Below are positions 44,802 through 54,194 of a DNA stretch of 64,000 nt, piece by piece; positions within the stretch are counted from its first letter, which is position 1; each line of letters opens with the position of its first letter. A program made the translations under genes and the position numbers. The stretch is taken from assembly GCA_025927685.1 (NCBI GenBank), contig JAICKX010000002.1, positions 3,442 through 67,441 of the forward strand, given 5' to 3'. The notes under the pieces were generated by a model. That model saw nothing but the letters and a program-made list of their open reading frames with translations, did not search any database and had not been told where the DNA came from. Source of the stretch: Thermoleophilia bacterium. GTDB lineage: Bacteria; Actinomycetota; Thermoleophilia; Gaiellales; JAICJC01.

Positions 44802-45619
44802 CGACTGCGTTCGAGGGCAAGACGCTCGTCTTCGTCGGCGGCCTGCACAGAAGCGGCACGTCGCTCCTTCACCGCTGCCTGGCCGAGCATCCCGACGCGA
44901 GCGGCTTTCGGGAGACCGGCGTTCCCGAGGACGAGGGCCAGCACCTCCAGTCGGTCTACCGGCCGGCGCGCGCGCACGGCGGCCCCGGCCGCTTCGGCTT
45001 CGACCCCGGCGCGCACCTCACCGAGGGCTCCCCGCTCGTGAGCGACGAGAACCGCGCCAAGCTGGCCGCGGACTGGAGCCCGCACTGGGACCTGAGCCGG
45101 CGGGTGCTCGTCGAGAAGTCGCCGCCGAACCTGATCCGGGGCCGGTTCCTCCAGGCGATGTTCCCGGGTGCACGGCTTGTCATGATGATGCGCCACCCGA
45201 TCGCCGTCGCGTGCGCGACCCGCAAGTGGTCGTGGACCTCCTACACGGAGCTCGTCGAGCACTGGCTCGTCTGCCACGAGACCCTGATCGGCGACGCGCC
45301 GCACCTCCGCGATCCGGTGATCCTGCGCTACGAGGACCTCGTGGCGGACCCGGACCGCGTGCTCGAGGCGGCGTTCCGGGCCGCGGGCCTCGAGCCGCAC
45401 CCCAGCGGCATCACCGTGCGCACCGGCATCAACGACGCCTACTTCCGGCGCTGGTCGGGGCGGCGCTGGAACCCGGTGAAGCGGGCCGACACCGACCGGG
45501 CCGTGCACCGGTTCGAGGAGCGCGTGCGCCGCTTCGGCTACAGCCTGAAGCAGCCCGGCCGGCTCGAGGTCCCCCCGGAGCCCGCGATGGCCCGGTCGCT
45601 CGCGGCATCGGAGACCTGA
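44798..45619 (+). CDS. Sulfotransferase (second, divergent type)
   Basis: GTG overlaps the upstream stop (GTGA). FVGGLHRSGTSLL P-loop and LVMMMRHPIAVA are present. Confidence 0.75.
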   Translation: MTTAFEGKTLVFVGGLHRSGTSLLHRCLAEHPDASGFRETGVPEDEGQHLQSVYRPARAHGGPGRFGFDPGAHLTEGSPLVSDENRAKLAADWSPHWDLSRRVLVEKSPPNLIRGRFLQAMFPGARLVMMMRHPIAVACATRKWSWTSYTELVEHWLVCHETLIGDAPHLRDPVILRYEDLVADPDRVLEAAFRAAGLEPHPSGITVRTGINDAYFRRWSGRRWNPVKRADTDRAVHRFEERVRRFGYSLKQPGRLEVPPEPAMARSLAASET

Positions 45620-46530
45620 TGATGCGGCGGGAGCGCGGCGCACGAAACGACAACTACTCGCGCGTGCCCGAGCCGCTGGCCGACGCCGTGAAGGCGGCGT
45701 ACGTCGGCGCGCGCATGCTGAACGCGGGCTCGCGGCCGCTGCCCGACTTCCTCATCATCGGCGCGCAGCGGTGCGGCACGACCTCGCTCTACCGGTACCT
45801 GGCCCAGCACCCGCAGGTGATCGGGGCGGCGCCGTCGAAGGGCGTGCACTACTTCGATGTCAATCACGAGCGGAGCCTGCGCTGGTACCGGGCCCACTTC
45901 CCGACGCGGCGCCGGCGCGACCACGCGGGGAGCGCCGCCGTCACGGGCGAGGCGAGCCCCTACTACGTGTTCCACCCGCACGGGCCGGACCGGGTGCGGG
46001 CCGCCGTCCCGAACGCCGGCCTGATCCTCATGCTCCGCGATCCCGTCGTCCGCGCCTTCTCCCAGTACCAGCAGGAGTACGCCCGGGGCTTCGAGGACGC
46101 CGAGACGTTCGAGCGGGCGCTCGACCTGGAGCCGGGCCGCCTGGCCGGCGAGCGCGAGCGGATGCTGGCGGATCCCGGCTACGACAGCCGGGCGCTCCAG
46201 CACCACGCCTACGCTGCCCGGGGCGAGTACGCGCCCCAGCTCGAGGCGTGGCGGGCCCGTTTCGACCCGGCCCAGATCCACGCCATCGTCGCCGAGGAGT
46301 TCTTCGCCGACCCGGCCGCCGCATACCGGGGCGTGCTCGACTTCCTCGGCCTGCCCATGCCGCCGCGACCGCCGCAGTTCAAGGCGTTCAACGCCCGCCC
46401 CGCGGGCGGGATGGCGGCGGAGACGCGCGAGCGGCTGGCGGCGCGCTTCGCCGAGCCGAATCGACGCCTCGAGAAGCTCCTGGGCCGTCGGCTGGCATGG
46501 ACGAGTCCCAACGGGTCCTCGGATGGCTGA
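45619..46530 (+). CDS. Sulfotransferase (Sulfotransfer_1 / N-sulfotransferase-like)
   Basis: TGATG overlap with the upstream stop. FLIIGAQRCGTTSLYRYL and LILMLRDPVVRAFSQY are present. Confidence 0.8.
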   Translation: MMRRERGARNDNYSRVPEPLADAVKAAYVGARMLNAGSRPLPDFLIIGAQRCGTTSLYRYLAQHPQVIGAAPSKGVHYFDVNHERSLRWYRAHFPTRRRRDHAGSAAVTGEASPYYVFHPHGPDRVRAAVPNAGLILMLRDPVVRAFSQYQQEYARGFEDAETFERALDLEPGRLAGERERMLADPGYDSRALQHHAYAARGEYAPQLEAWRARFDPAQIHAIVAEEFFADPAAAYRGVLDFLGLPMPPRPPQFKAFNARPAGGMAAETRERLAARFAEPNRRLEKLLGRRLAWTSPNGSSDG

Positions 46531-48094
46531 CGAGGGCGTCCGGGCCGAGCGCGAGTCCGATCTGAAGAGCGTCGCCCGCGGCGGCACGCTCAACTTCATC
46601 GGGTCGGTCATGAACGGCGTGCTCCAGTTCGTGCTCGTCGTCGTCGTGACGCAGGCGCTCACGAGGCGCGAGGCCGGGGCGTTCTTCGAGGCGGTCGCGC
46701 TCTTCATCATCCTCTCGAACACCTGCGAGCTGGGCGCCGACACCGGCCTCACCCGCATGATCCCGCGCCTGCGCGTGCTCGGCCGGATCCCCGACATCCG
46801 TCGCAGCATGGCGGTCGGGATCCTGCCCGGCTTCGTGGCGGGCATCGTGCTCGCCGAGATCACGTTCTTCCTCGCCGACCCGCTGGCGGCGATCTTCACG
46901 AACCACCAGCACACCGACGCCGACCGGGTGGCGACCTACATCCGCGTCCTGGCCGCGTTCCTGCCCGTCTCGGCGGCGTACACGGTCTCGATCGCGGCCA
47001 CCCGCGGCTTCGGCACCATGCTCCCGAACGCGGTCGTCGACCGGATCGGGCGGGCCGTCCTCCAACTGGCCGGCGTCGGCGCGGTCGTGATCGCGGGCGG
47101 CGGCGCCTTCGGGGTGGCGCTGGGCTGGGGCGTGCCGATCCTGATGGCGTTCGCCGTCGCCCTGGTCTGGCTGGTGCGGCTCATCACCAAGGTCGAGAGC
47201 ACGCCCGGCGAGCGGGCGGCGCCGACGAGCGCGAGCGCCCTCTGGTCGGAGTTCTGGAGGTTCACGGCGCCACGCGGGCTGACGGGCGTCTTCCAGGTGA
47301 CGATCCTCTGGATCGGGACGCTGCTCGTGGGCTCGCTGCTCGACGCGGCCCACGCCTCGGTCTACACCGCGTCCACGCGCTACCTCACCGCCGGCTCGGT
47401 CGTGAACTACGCCATCATCACGGCGATCGCGCCGAAGCTCTCCGAGCTCCTCTCCGGCGGCGAGAACCAGCGGGCCCGCGACGTCTACCAGGTGGCGACG
47501 TGCTGGCTCATGACGCTCGCATGGCCGCTCTACTTCACGCTCGCGATCTTCGCGCCGCTGCTCCTCAAGGTGTTCAAGCCGGAGTACGTGGCCGGCGCCT
47601 CGTCGCTCGAGGTGCTCGCCGTGGCGATGCTGGTCGCGACCGCGATCGGCCCGGTCGACATCGTGCTCCTGATGGGCGGCCGCAGCATGTGGAACCTCTT
47701 CAACGTCCTCGTCGCCCTCGCCCTGAACCTGGCGCTGAGCTTCCTGCTCGTGCCGCGGATCGGGATCGCGGGAGCGGCGGTTGCGTGGGCGGCGTCGATC
47801 CTCTTCAACAACATCGCCCCGCTGGCCGAGGTCCGCGCGTTCCTCAAGCTGCACCCGTTCGGGCGCGGGTTCCCGGTGGTGAGCACGAGCGCCGCGATCT
47901 GCTTCGGCGCCTTCGGGATGGCGATCCGGCTGAGCGTGGGGCTCAGCATCCCGTCGTTCGTCGTCTTCCTGATCGTCGCGAGCGTCGCCTATGCCGCGGT
48001 CATGTGGCGGTTCCGGAGCCGCGCCGAGCTGGAGCTCCTGGCCGGCACGCTGCGTGCCCGTCGCGGCCGCCGGGCACGGCCGGTCACCGTGTAG
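46523..48094 (+). CDS. Wzx-type flippase (MOP-superfamily polysaccharide biosynthesis protein)
   Basis: 523 aa with about 14 TM segments and an N-terminus GGTLNFIGSVMNGVLQFVLVVVVTQAL typical of the Polysacc_synt family. It overlaps the previous gene by 8 nt. Confidence 0.8.
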   Translation: MADEGVRAERESDLKSVARGGTLNFIGSVMNGVLQFVLVVVVTQALTRREAGAFFEAVALFIILSNTCELGADTGLTRMIPRLRVLGRIPDIRRSMAVGILPGFVAGIVLAEITFFLADPLAAIFTNHQHTDADRVATYIRVLAAFLPVSAAYTVSIAATRGFGTMLPNAVVDRIGRAVLQLAGVGAVVIAGGGAFGVALGWGVPILMAFAVALVWLVRLITKVESTPGERAAPTSASALWSEFWRFTAPRGLTGVFQVTILWIGTLLVGSLLDAAHASVYTASTRYLTAGSVVNYAIITAIAPKLSELLSGGENQRARDVYQVATCWLMTLAWPLYFTLAIFAPLLLKVFKPEYVAGASSLEVLAVAMLVATAIGPVDIVLLMGGRSMWNLFNVLVALALNLALSFLLVPRIGIAGAAVAWAASILFNNIAPLAEVRAFLKLHPFGRGFPVVSTSAAICFGAFGMAIRLSVGLSIPSFVVFLIVASVAYAAVMWRFRSRAELELLAGTLRARRGRRARPVTV

Positions 48095-48100
48095 CCGGCG

Positions 48101-49333
48101 CTACTGGGCGCCGCGCAGCGCGTTCTCGAGCTGGATCGCCTCGGCCGTCGGCGACCCGGTGCCCTGGAGCAGGCCGAAGCCGCCGCCCCGGGCCAGGTTC
48201 CAGCGCGTCCACGAGATGTTCTCGCTGGAGAAGATGTCGAGCATCTGGCGCTGGTACTCGAGCGCGCCCGGGACGCCGGTGTGGATGCCCCACTCGCCGA
48301 CGAGGAGCGGGATCTTCCACTCCGCCGTCCGCCGCAGCGGGACGTCCAGGACGGCCGCCTGCGAGGCGGCGGTGCCGGCGTAGCGGTCGGCCTTCTGGTT
48401 GTGCGTCGCGGGCCAGCTCGGCGTCCAGTCGTTGCCGTTCGAGGTGAGGCCGATCCCGGGGATGCCGTTGAAGTAGTCGTGGTAGTCGAGCGCCAGGTGG
48501 TCGAGCGGGCCGAAGGCCTTGAGATCGGCGGTGCCGACGCCCTCGCCGCCGCCGCGGCACATGATGAAGACGGTGCGGCCGGGGTCGACGGCCCGGATGA
48601 CCTTGCGGATCTCGGCCTGCCACTGGAGCATCGTGTCGGTGGCCGCCGTCGAGTCGCCGAGACCGCCCGGGTGTGGCTCGTTGAAGACCTCGTACCCGAC
48701 CACGTTCGGCGCGTCCGCGTAGCGCTGCGCGATCATGGCGGCGAACGCCGCGTAGGCATCCTCCGACCGGGCGGCCTCGTTCGTCCAGAACGCCTTCTTG
48801 GCGTCCGACTCGCCCCGCTTCGTGTCGGGGAAGCGGCCGTCGGCGTAGTACCAGCCGGGCACGCCCGAGGCGTTGCAGTCCGCCGCGTCGTGCTTGCACT
48901 CGACCTTGGCGAAGTAGGGCGACCAGTGGAACTGGTGGAAGTCGATGAGGACGTTCACGCCGGCCTTCTGGAAGTCCGCCACGGCACCGTCGAGCTGCTG
49001 GAGGAACGCCTCGTCCCAGTGGTGCGTCGCACCGTCGGGAGCGGTCGGCTCGACCGTGCTCCACGGGGCCATGATGCGCACGAAGTTCGCGCCCATCGAC
49101 GCCGCCTTGTCGTAGACGAGCGCGCTCGAGTTGACCGCCACGTTCACGCCGCGGAGGACGACGGGCGTGCCCGTGCGCGTGTCGACGAAGCGGCCGTCCT
49201 GGGTGGTGATCCACGGCGCGACGGCGTTTGCGGCACGGTGCGGGAGCTTCACCCGGTGCGGCTTCGCGGTCGAGCCGCAGCCGGCCGCGACGAGGGCGAG
49301 CGCGAGCCCGGCCGAAAGGAGCCTCGTCCACAT
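48101..49333 (-). CDS. Glycoside hydrolase family 5 lipoprotein (paralog of 961..2151)
   Basis: Lipobox LVAAGC. VLIDFHQ, acid/base VFNEPHP and nucleophile LLVGEWG are present. Confidence 0.8.
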   Translation of the reverse strand: MWTRLLSAGLALALVAAGCGSTAKPHRVKLPHRAANAVAPWITTQDGRFVDTRTGTPVVLRGVNVAVNSSALVYDKAASMGANFVRIMAPWSTVEPTAPDGATHHWDEAFLQQLDGAVADFQKAGVNVLIDFHQFHWSPYFAKVECKHDAADCNASGVPGWYYADGRFPDTKRGESDAKKAFWTNEAARSEDAYAAFAAMIAQRYADAPNVVGYEVFNEPHPGGLGDSTAATDTMLQWQAEIRKVIRAVDPGRTVFIMCRGGGEGVGTADLKAFGPLDHLALDYHDYFNGIPGIGLTSNGNDWTPSWPATHNQKADRYAGTAASQAAVLDVPLRRTAEWKIPLLVGEWGIHTGVPGALEYQRQMLDIFSSENISWTRWNLARGGGFGLLQGTGSPTAEAIQLENALRGAQ

Positions 49334-49787
49334 GATCCCAGTGTACGGTCGGCGGACGCGTTGGGAAGCGGGCTGTCATACTCGTTCAATCGAGACCGAT
49401 CCCGCAGCCCTGGCCCGGACGTACGTCGAGACGATCACGCGCGTGGCCGCGAACGGCGACGACGACGATGTGCTGGATCTCGTCCACCCGGCGGCGGAGC
49501 TCAGGCCCATCATCACGGGCGAGGTGCACCGCGGCCGGGAGGGCGCCGCGGCCTGGATCCGGGCGGCGCGCGAGGCGCTCGTCTGGGAGCCCGTCATCCG
49601 GCGCGTCGTCCGCGTCGACGACACCACCGCGGTCGCGATCATCCATCTGCACGCGTCCCGCATCCACCAGGGGATCGTCGACTCGGAGATCGCCTGGGTG
49701 GCCGAGTTCGACGACGGGCTGCTGCGCCGGGCGACGGCGTACTCGAGCGTGGACGGCCTGCCCGAGAACGTGCGGGCCGCGCTGTAG
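49332..49787 (+). CDS. SnoaL/NTF2-like small protein (start uncertain)
   Basis: DPAALARTYVETITRVAANGDDDDVLDLVHP...IAWVAEFDDGLLRRATAY fits an NTF2-like fold. The first ~19 codons after ATG 49332 have poor GC3. The next canonical start, GTG 49443, would truncate the fold. Confidence 0.45.
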   Translation: MIPVYGRRTRWEAGCHTRSIETDPAALARTYVETITRVAANGDDDDVLDLVHPAAELRPIITGEVHRGREGAAAWIRAAREALVWEPVIRRVVRVDDTTAVAIIHLHASRIHQGIVDSEIAWVAEFDDGLLRRATAYSSVDGLPENVRAAL

Positions 49788-49793
49788 CGGCGT

Positions 49794-49822
49794 GCAACAT
49801 CGGTGTCAGGCACCGATGTTGC
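49794..49822. terminator. Bidirectional stem-loop between convergent genes
   Basis: Perfect 12-bp stem GCAACATCGGTG / CACCGATGTTGC with a 5-nt loop. Confidence 0.55.
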
Positions 49823-49838
49823 GGGCGGCCGTCCCAGC

Positions 49839-50993
49839 CTACTCGGTGAACTCGGCGAAGCCCTGCTGGCTGCGGCCGCCGATCCGCGTGAAGTCGCCGC
49901 CGGCGGCGAGCACGGTGCCCGAGCCGGTCAGCGCGAACACGCCGAGGGTGCTGTTGGCGCTCGGGTTCCAGCTCAGCAGCGAGCCCGTCGTCTCGTCGAC
50001 CGCCAGCAGCTTGTGGCGCGTGATCGGCGTGGTGCACGTGTGCTGTCCGCTGCGCATCCCGCAGTAGTTGTCGAAGTGACCGCCCACGTAGACGACGCCG
50101 TCAAGAGTCGCGATCGCCTGGGCGTTGCCGTTGGTGCCCCCCTGCCAGACCGTGGCGCCGGTCGTCAGGTTGAGCTCGGCGAAGTTCCCGCCGCCGCCGG
50201 CGCCGGCGAGGAAGACGCCGTTCGCGTCGACCGCCATGTCGACGACCGCGTAGGAGGGGCCGTGCGAGAACGAGGAGATCGGCGCGCCGGAGGCCGTGTC
50301 GAGCGCGGCGACGTGCCGGCGACTCGTGCCGTTGACGGTCGTGAAGTTGCCGGCGACGTAGACGCGGCTTCCGTCCGCTGCCATGTCCACGGCCTTCACG
50401 ACGTCATCGGCGGAGGGCGTCCACGTCGTGATGAGCGCTCCGCTTGTCGCATCGACCGCGGCGAGGTTGGCGCGGGGGATGCCGCTGACGGTCGAGAAGT
50501 TGCCGCCGGCGTAGAGGGTGTTGCCGGCGAGCGCAAGGGAGTTGACGCTTCCACTCGGGCGAGGGTTGAAGCCGGGGACCACCGCACCGATGCTCGGGTC
50601 GACCGCCGCCAGGCGCGTCCGCGAGGTCCCGCCGACGTTCGAGAACGAGCCGCCCAGATAGACGCGGCCGTTGCCGACGGCCAGCGACTGCACGGTGCCG
50701 TTCACGTCCGGGTTCCACGGCAGCACCTGGCCGGTCGCGAGGCTCAGCGCCGCCGCGTGGTTCCGGGTCACGCTGCCGGACGACGATCCGGCCGGGCGCA
50801 CGGCGGTGAACTGGCCGCCGAGGTAGATGACGCCGCCCTGGATCACGATCACGTTCACGCGGCCGTTGGTCTGGTAGGTCGGGACGGGCGCCGAGTGGAC
50901 GACGGCAGCCTCCGCGGCAGGAGCCGCGAACGCTGCGACCACCAGGACCGCGGCGGATGCGATCGCACGGCGAAGCGTCCTCTTCCCGAACAT
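49839..50993 (-). CDS. Secreted beta-propeller repeat protein
   Basis: Only the C-terminal 384 aa of track ORF 49839..51500 look real, starting at ATG 50993. Signal peptide plus about 7 repeats of the form GG.F..V.G..R..LAA.D..TG....W.P. Confidence 0.7.
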   Translation of the reverse strand: MFGKRTLRRAIASAAVLVVAAFAAPAAEAAVVHSAPVPTYQTNGRVNVIVIQGGVIYLGGQFTAVRPAGSSSGSVTRNHAAALSLATGQVLPWNPDVNGTVQSLAVGNGRVYLGGSFSNVGGTSRTRLAAVDPSIGAVVPGFNPRPSGSVNSLALAGNTLYAGGNFSTVSGIPRANLAAVDATSGALITTWTPSADDVVKAVDMAADGSRVYVAGNFTTVNGTSRRHVAALDTASGAPISSFSHGPSYAVVDMAVDANGVFLAGAGGGGNFAELNLTTGATVWQGGTNGNAQAIATLDGVVYVGGHFDNYCGMRSGQHTCTTPITRHKLLAVDETTGSLLSWNPSANSTLGVFALTGSGTVLAAGGDFTRIGGRSQQGFAEFTE

Positions 50994-51070
50994 GCGTGAC
51001 CCCCAGATGAACCGGTTCCCCGACACCAGGGTACGCGGCCGCGCCCGGCGGGACAAGCGGTTGAATTTCG

Positions 51071-51868
51071 CTACCCGGCGAGGTGGCGGAGCACATCCGC
51101 CTGCTGCGGGTCGTCGGCGATGCCCAGGTACGCCCCGCGGATCAGCGTCCACGCCCGGATCCGGGCCTCGTCGAGCCCGGTCGCCGCGAACGCCGCGATC
51201 CTCCGCTCCGTCCGCTCCGCGGTCATCGCCGAGTCGAGCGGGTTCCAGAGGAAGCTGGGGACGTCGAACTCCGGCTCGCCGAGCATCGCCTTGGTGTCGA
51301 TGGCGACGTACCGGTCGCCGTGCCGGAGGATGTTGTGGTGGTGGAAGTCGCCGTGAACGAGCGTCGCGCGGCGGGGCTCGAGCTCGGCGTAGAGCTCGCG
51401 GGCCAGGGCGATCAGGCCGGCGCCGTCGCGCTCCGCGTGGTCGAGCCAGACCGGGACGTGGTCGCCGATCCACCGGAACGGCGCGCCGGCCGGTCGCCAC
51501 AGCCGGTGGCCGGTCTCGACGGCGACCGCGGTCGCCTCGTCGTCGGGGAGGCCGGAGATGTCGGTGCCGGGATCGGCCCGCTCGACCAGGAGGGCGCGCC
51601 GGGGGGCGTCCCGGCGCAGCAGCCGCACGGCCCCGTCGCCGCCCCAGAGCTGGAGCGCGTCCGCCTCGTGGTCGGACTCGTCGTCGTGCTCCCAGGCGAC
51701 CTTGAGGACAGCGTCAGCCCCCGCCGGGGCCACGAACGAGTAGCGGGAGAGCGCGAAGGGCGGGCCGAGCTCGAGGCCCCAGTCCGCCGCGACCTCGGCG
51801 GCGCGCTGCGCCATCCGGCGCATGTCGTCCGGCGAGGGCCCGTCGTCCGGTGCGTCCATCTTCGCCAT
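51071..51868 (-). CDS. Aminoglycoside/streptomycin-type phosphotransferase (APH(6)-like)
   Basis: ATG 51868 lies within track ORF 51071..53182. LVHGDFHHHNIL catalytic loop and AIDTKAMLGEPEFD are present. Confidence 0.75.
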   Translation of the reverse strand: MAKMDAPDDGPSPDDMRRMAQRAAEVAADWGLELGPPFALSRYSFVAPAGADAVLKVAWEHDDESDHEADALQLWGGDGAVRLLRRDAPRRALLVERADPGTDISGLPDDEATAVAVETGHRLWRPAGAPFRWIGDHVPVWLDHAERDGAGLIALARELYAELEPRRATLVHGDFHHHNILRHGDRYVAIDTKAMLGEPEFDVPSFLWNPLDSAMTAERTERRIAAFAATGLDEARIRAWTLIRGAYLGIADDPQQADVLRHLAG

Positions 51869-51904
51869 GCGGCTCCCGCGTTCGCGAACCGACGAGCCGG
51901 TAGT

Positions 51905-53080
51905 ATGCCGACCGCTTTGGGGCGAGCGGTCAGAGTCGCCGTGGTCGGCACCGGCTTCGCCGGCGGCTCGCACGTCGAGGCGCTGCGCAGGGTGCCGGGG
52001 GTCGAGGTGGCCGCGCTCGCCGGCAGCTCGGATGAGCGGGCCCGGGCCGCCGCCGGCCGGCTGGGCGTGCCCGCCGCCGCCGGTGACTACCGCACCCTCC
52101 TCGCCGATGCCTCGATCGACGCCGTCCACAACTGCACGCCCAACGACCTGCACCACGAGGTCACCTCGGCGGCGCTCGAGGCCGGGAAGCACGTGCTGGC
52201 CGAGAAGCCGCTGGCGATGGACGCGGCCGAGACCGCCGACCTGGTGGGCCGGGCCGAGCGGGCCGGCACGGTCACCGGCGTCTGCTTCAACTACCGCCAC
52301 TACCCCCTGGTGGCCGAGGCGCGGGCGATGCTGGCCGACGGCCGCGCGGGTCGGCCACACCTGATCCGGGGCGCGTACCTCCAGGACTGGCTGCTCGACG
52401 CGGCCGACTGGAACTGGCGGCTCCAGTCCGAGCGCTCGGGAGCCTCGCGCGCGATCGGCGACATCGGCTCGCACTGGATGGACCTGCTCCAGCACGTGAC
52501 CGGCGGCCGCATCGCCCGCGTCTATGCCCGGCTTGGACGGCTGCACGAGGAACGCCTGCGGCCCGCCGGCCCCTCGCAGACCTTCGATCGCGGCGGCGGC
52601 GCGGACGCGGAACGGGTCGCCGTCGACACCGAGGACTTCGCCACCGTGCTGTTCGAGCTCGACGGCGGCTGCCCCGGCGTCTTCACCGTCTCGCAGGTGA
52701 CGCCGGGAAAGCGCAACGGGCTCACGTTCGAGATCGACGCCGGCGCGGTCTCGCTGGCGTGGGACCAGGAGCACCCGAACGCCCTTCGGATCGGCCGCCG
52801 CGACCGCCCGAACGAGGTGCTCGTCCGCGACCCCGCGTTGCTCTCGCCGTCCGCCGCGGCGCTGGCCCACTATCCCGCCGGTCATGAGGAGGGGTGGCCC
52901 GACGGGCTCAAGAACCTCTTCCTCGACTTCTACGCCGCGGTCGACGCGCACGGCAGCGGGGCGCCGCACGAGTCGAGCGTGGCCACGTTCGCCGACGCCC
53001 ACCGGATCACGTGCGCGGTCGAGGCGATCCTCGAGAGCCACCGCGAGGGCCGCTGGGTCGAGGTCGGCGCGGGCGGCTAG
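51905..53080 (+). CDS. Gfo/Idh/MocA-family oxidoreductase
   Basis: ATG 51905 lies within track ORF 51083..53080. VAVVGTGFAGGSH Rossmann motif and VLAEKP motif are present. Confidence 0.85.
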   Translation: MPTALGRAVRVAVVGTGFAGGSHVEALRRVPGVEVAALAGSSDERARAAAGRLGVPAAAGDYRTLLADASIDAVHNCTPNDLHHEVTSAALEAGKHVLAEKPLAMDAAETADLVGRAERAGTVTGVCFNYRHYPLVAEARAMLADGRAGRPHLIRGAYLQDWLLDAADWNWRLQSERSGASRAIGDIGSHWMDLLQHVTGGRIARVYARLGRLHEERLRPAGPSQTFDRGGGADAERVAVDTEDFATVLFELDGGCPGVFTVSQVTPGKRNGLTFEIDAGAVSLAWDQEHPNALRIGRRDRPNEVLVRDPALLSPSAAALAHYPAGHEEGWPDGLKNLFLDFYAAVDAHGSGAPHESSVATFADAHRITCAVEAILESHREGRWVEVGAGG

Positions 53081-53348
53081 CGTCGTTCCGCGCTCTGGCA
53101 TCACGTTCCTGCATCGCGATCCCCAACTCGTGCCGACCCGAGGCGATGGGCGCCGAGGTGCACGCACACGCGCTCGCTGCACTTCGTCGACCCGCCCACG
53201 AGCCAGCGATCGCGTAGCGGCGCAACGACGGGCTCAGACCCCAATGCTGCAGCTGCGGCGCTCCGCGCCTGCTGCTCGACCGCTTCCGCGCGGGGCACCC
53301 CCGAGTCGGGGCGAGGCGTTCCGGCCGCACGCCGGGTAGGTTAGTGGC

Positions 53349-54194
53349 GTGGCGTGCGTCGGCGTTTGCGGATCGGTCAACATGGACGTGTTCGGCTACG
53401 TGCCGCGGCTCCCGGCGCCGGGCCAGACGCTGCGCGGCACCCGGCTCGCGTACGCGCCGGGCGGCAAGGGGGCGAACCAGGCGGTGGCGGCGGCGCGCGC
53501 CGGCGCCACCGTCCGCTTCACGAGCGCGTGCGGCGACGACGACTTCGGGCACGAGCTCATGTCGGCGCTGGAGCAGGATGGGATCGACACCGGGAACGTC
53601 AGCCGGGTCGCGGGGGCGACGGGCGTCGCGCTCATCCTTGTCGACGACGACGGTGAGAACCAGATCGTCGTCATCCCCGGCGCGAACGACGCCGTCGGCG
53701 CACCGGAGCCGGACGAGGAGGTCGGCGTGTGGCTCGTGCAGGGTGAGGTGCCGCTCGCCGCCGTCGAGGGGACGCTCGCCGCGGCCCGGGCCACGGGCGC
53801 CGCTGCGGTCGTGAACCCGTCGCCCGCCGGCCGGATCCCGCCCGAGGTCGTCGCCCGGTTCGACGTCGCGATCGTGAACGAGACCGAGCTCGATGCGCTG
53901 GGGGACGGCCGTCCCTCGCGGGTCGTCCTCACGCTCGGGGCGCGCGGCGCGCGGATCCTGCCGGACGGCCCGGAGCTGCCGGCGATCCCGGCCCAGGTGG
54001 TCGACACGACCGGTGCCGGTGACGCGCTCGCCGGCGTGACGGCCGCTGCGCTGGCGGAGGGACGGCCGCTCGAGGAGGCGGTGGGGTGGGGGATCGCGGC
54101 CGCGTCGCTCGCGGTCGAGCGCCACGGCTGCCAGCCGGCGATCCCGCGCCGCGAGGAGGTCGAGATGCGGATGCGGACGAACGGGGCGGCATGA
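53349..54194 (+). CDS. rbsK: Ribokinase (PfkB family)
   Basis: GGKGANQA and DTTGAGDA signature segments are present. The start is GTG. Confidence 0.75.
   Translation: MACVGVCGSVNMDVFGYVPRLPAPGQTLRGTRLAYAPGGKGANQAVAAARAGATVRFTSACGDDDFGHELMSALEQDGIDTGNVSRVAGATGVALILVDDDGENQIVVIPGANDAVGAPEPDEEVGVWLVQGEVPLAAVEGTLAAARATGAAAVVNPSPAGRIPPEVVARFDVAIVNETELDALGDGRPSRVVLTLGARGARILPDGPELPAIPAQVVDTTGAGDALAGVTAAALAEGRPLEEAVGWGIAAASLAVERHGCQPAIPRREEVEMRMRTNGAA

Noticed and set aside
53081-53348. 268-bp spacer before the ribokinase gene, including 65-aa minus-strand ORF 53101-53298
   Set aside because: The ORF has no SD, mixed GC3 and no motif. No strong palindrome or hairpin was found. It is probably just a promoter region.
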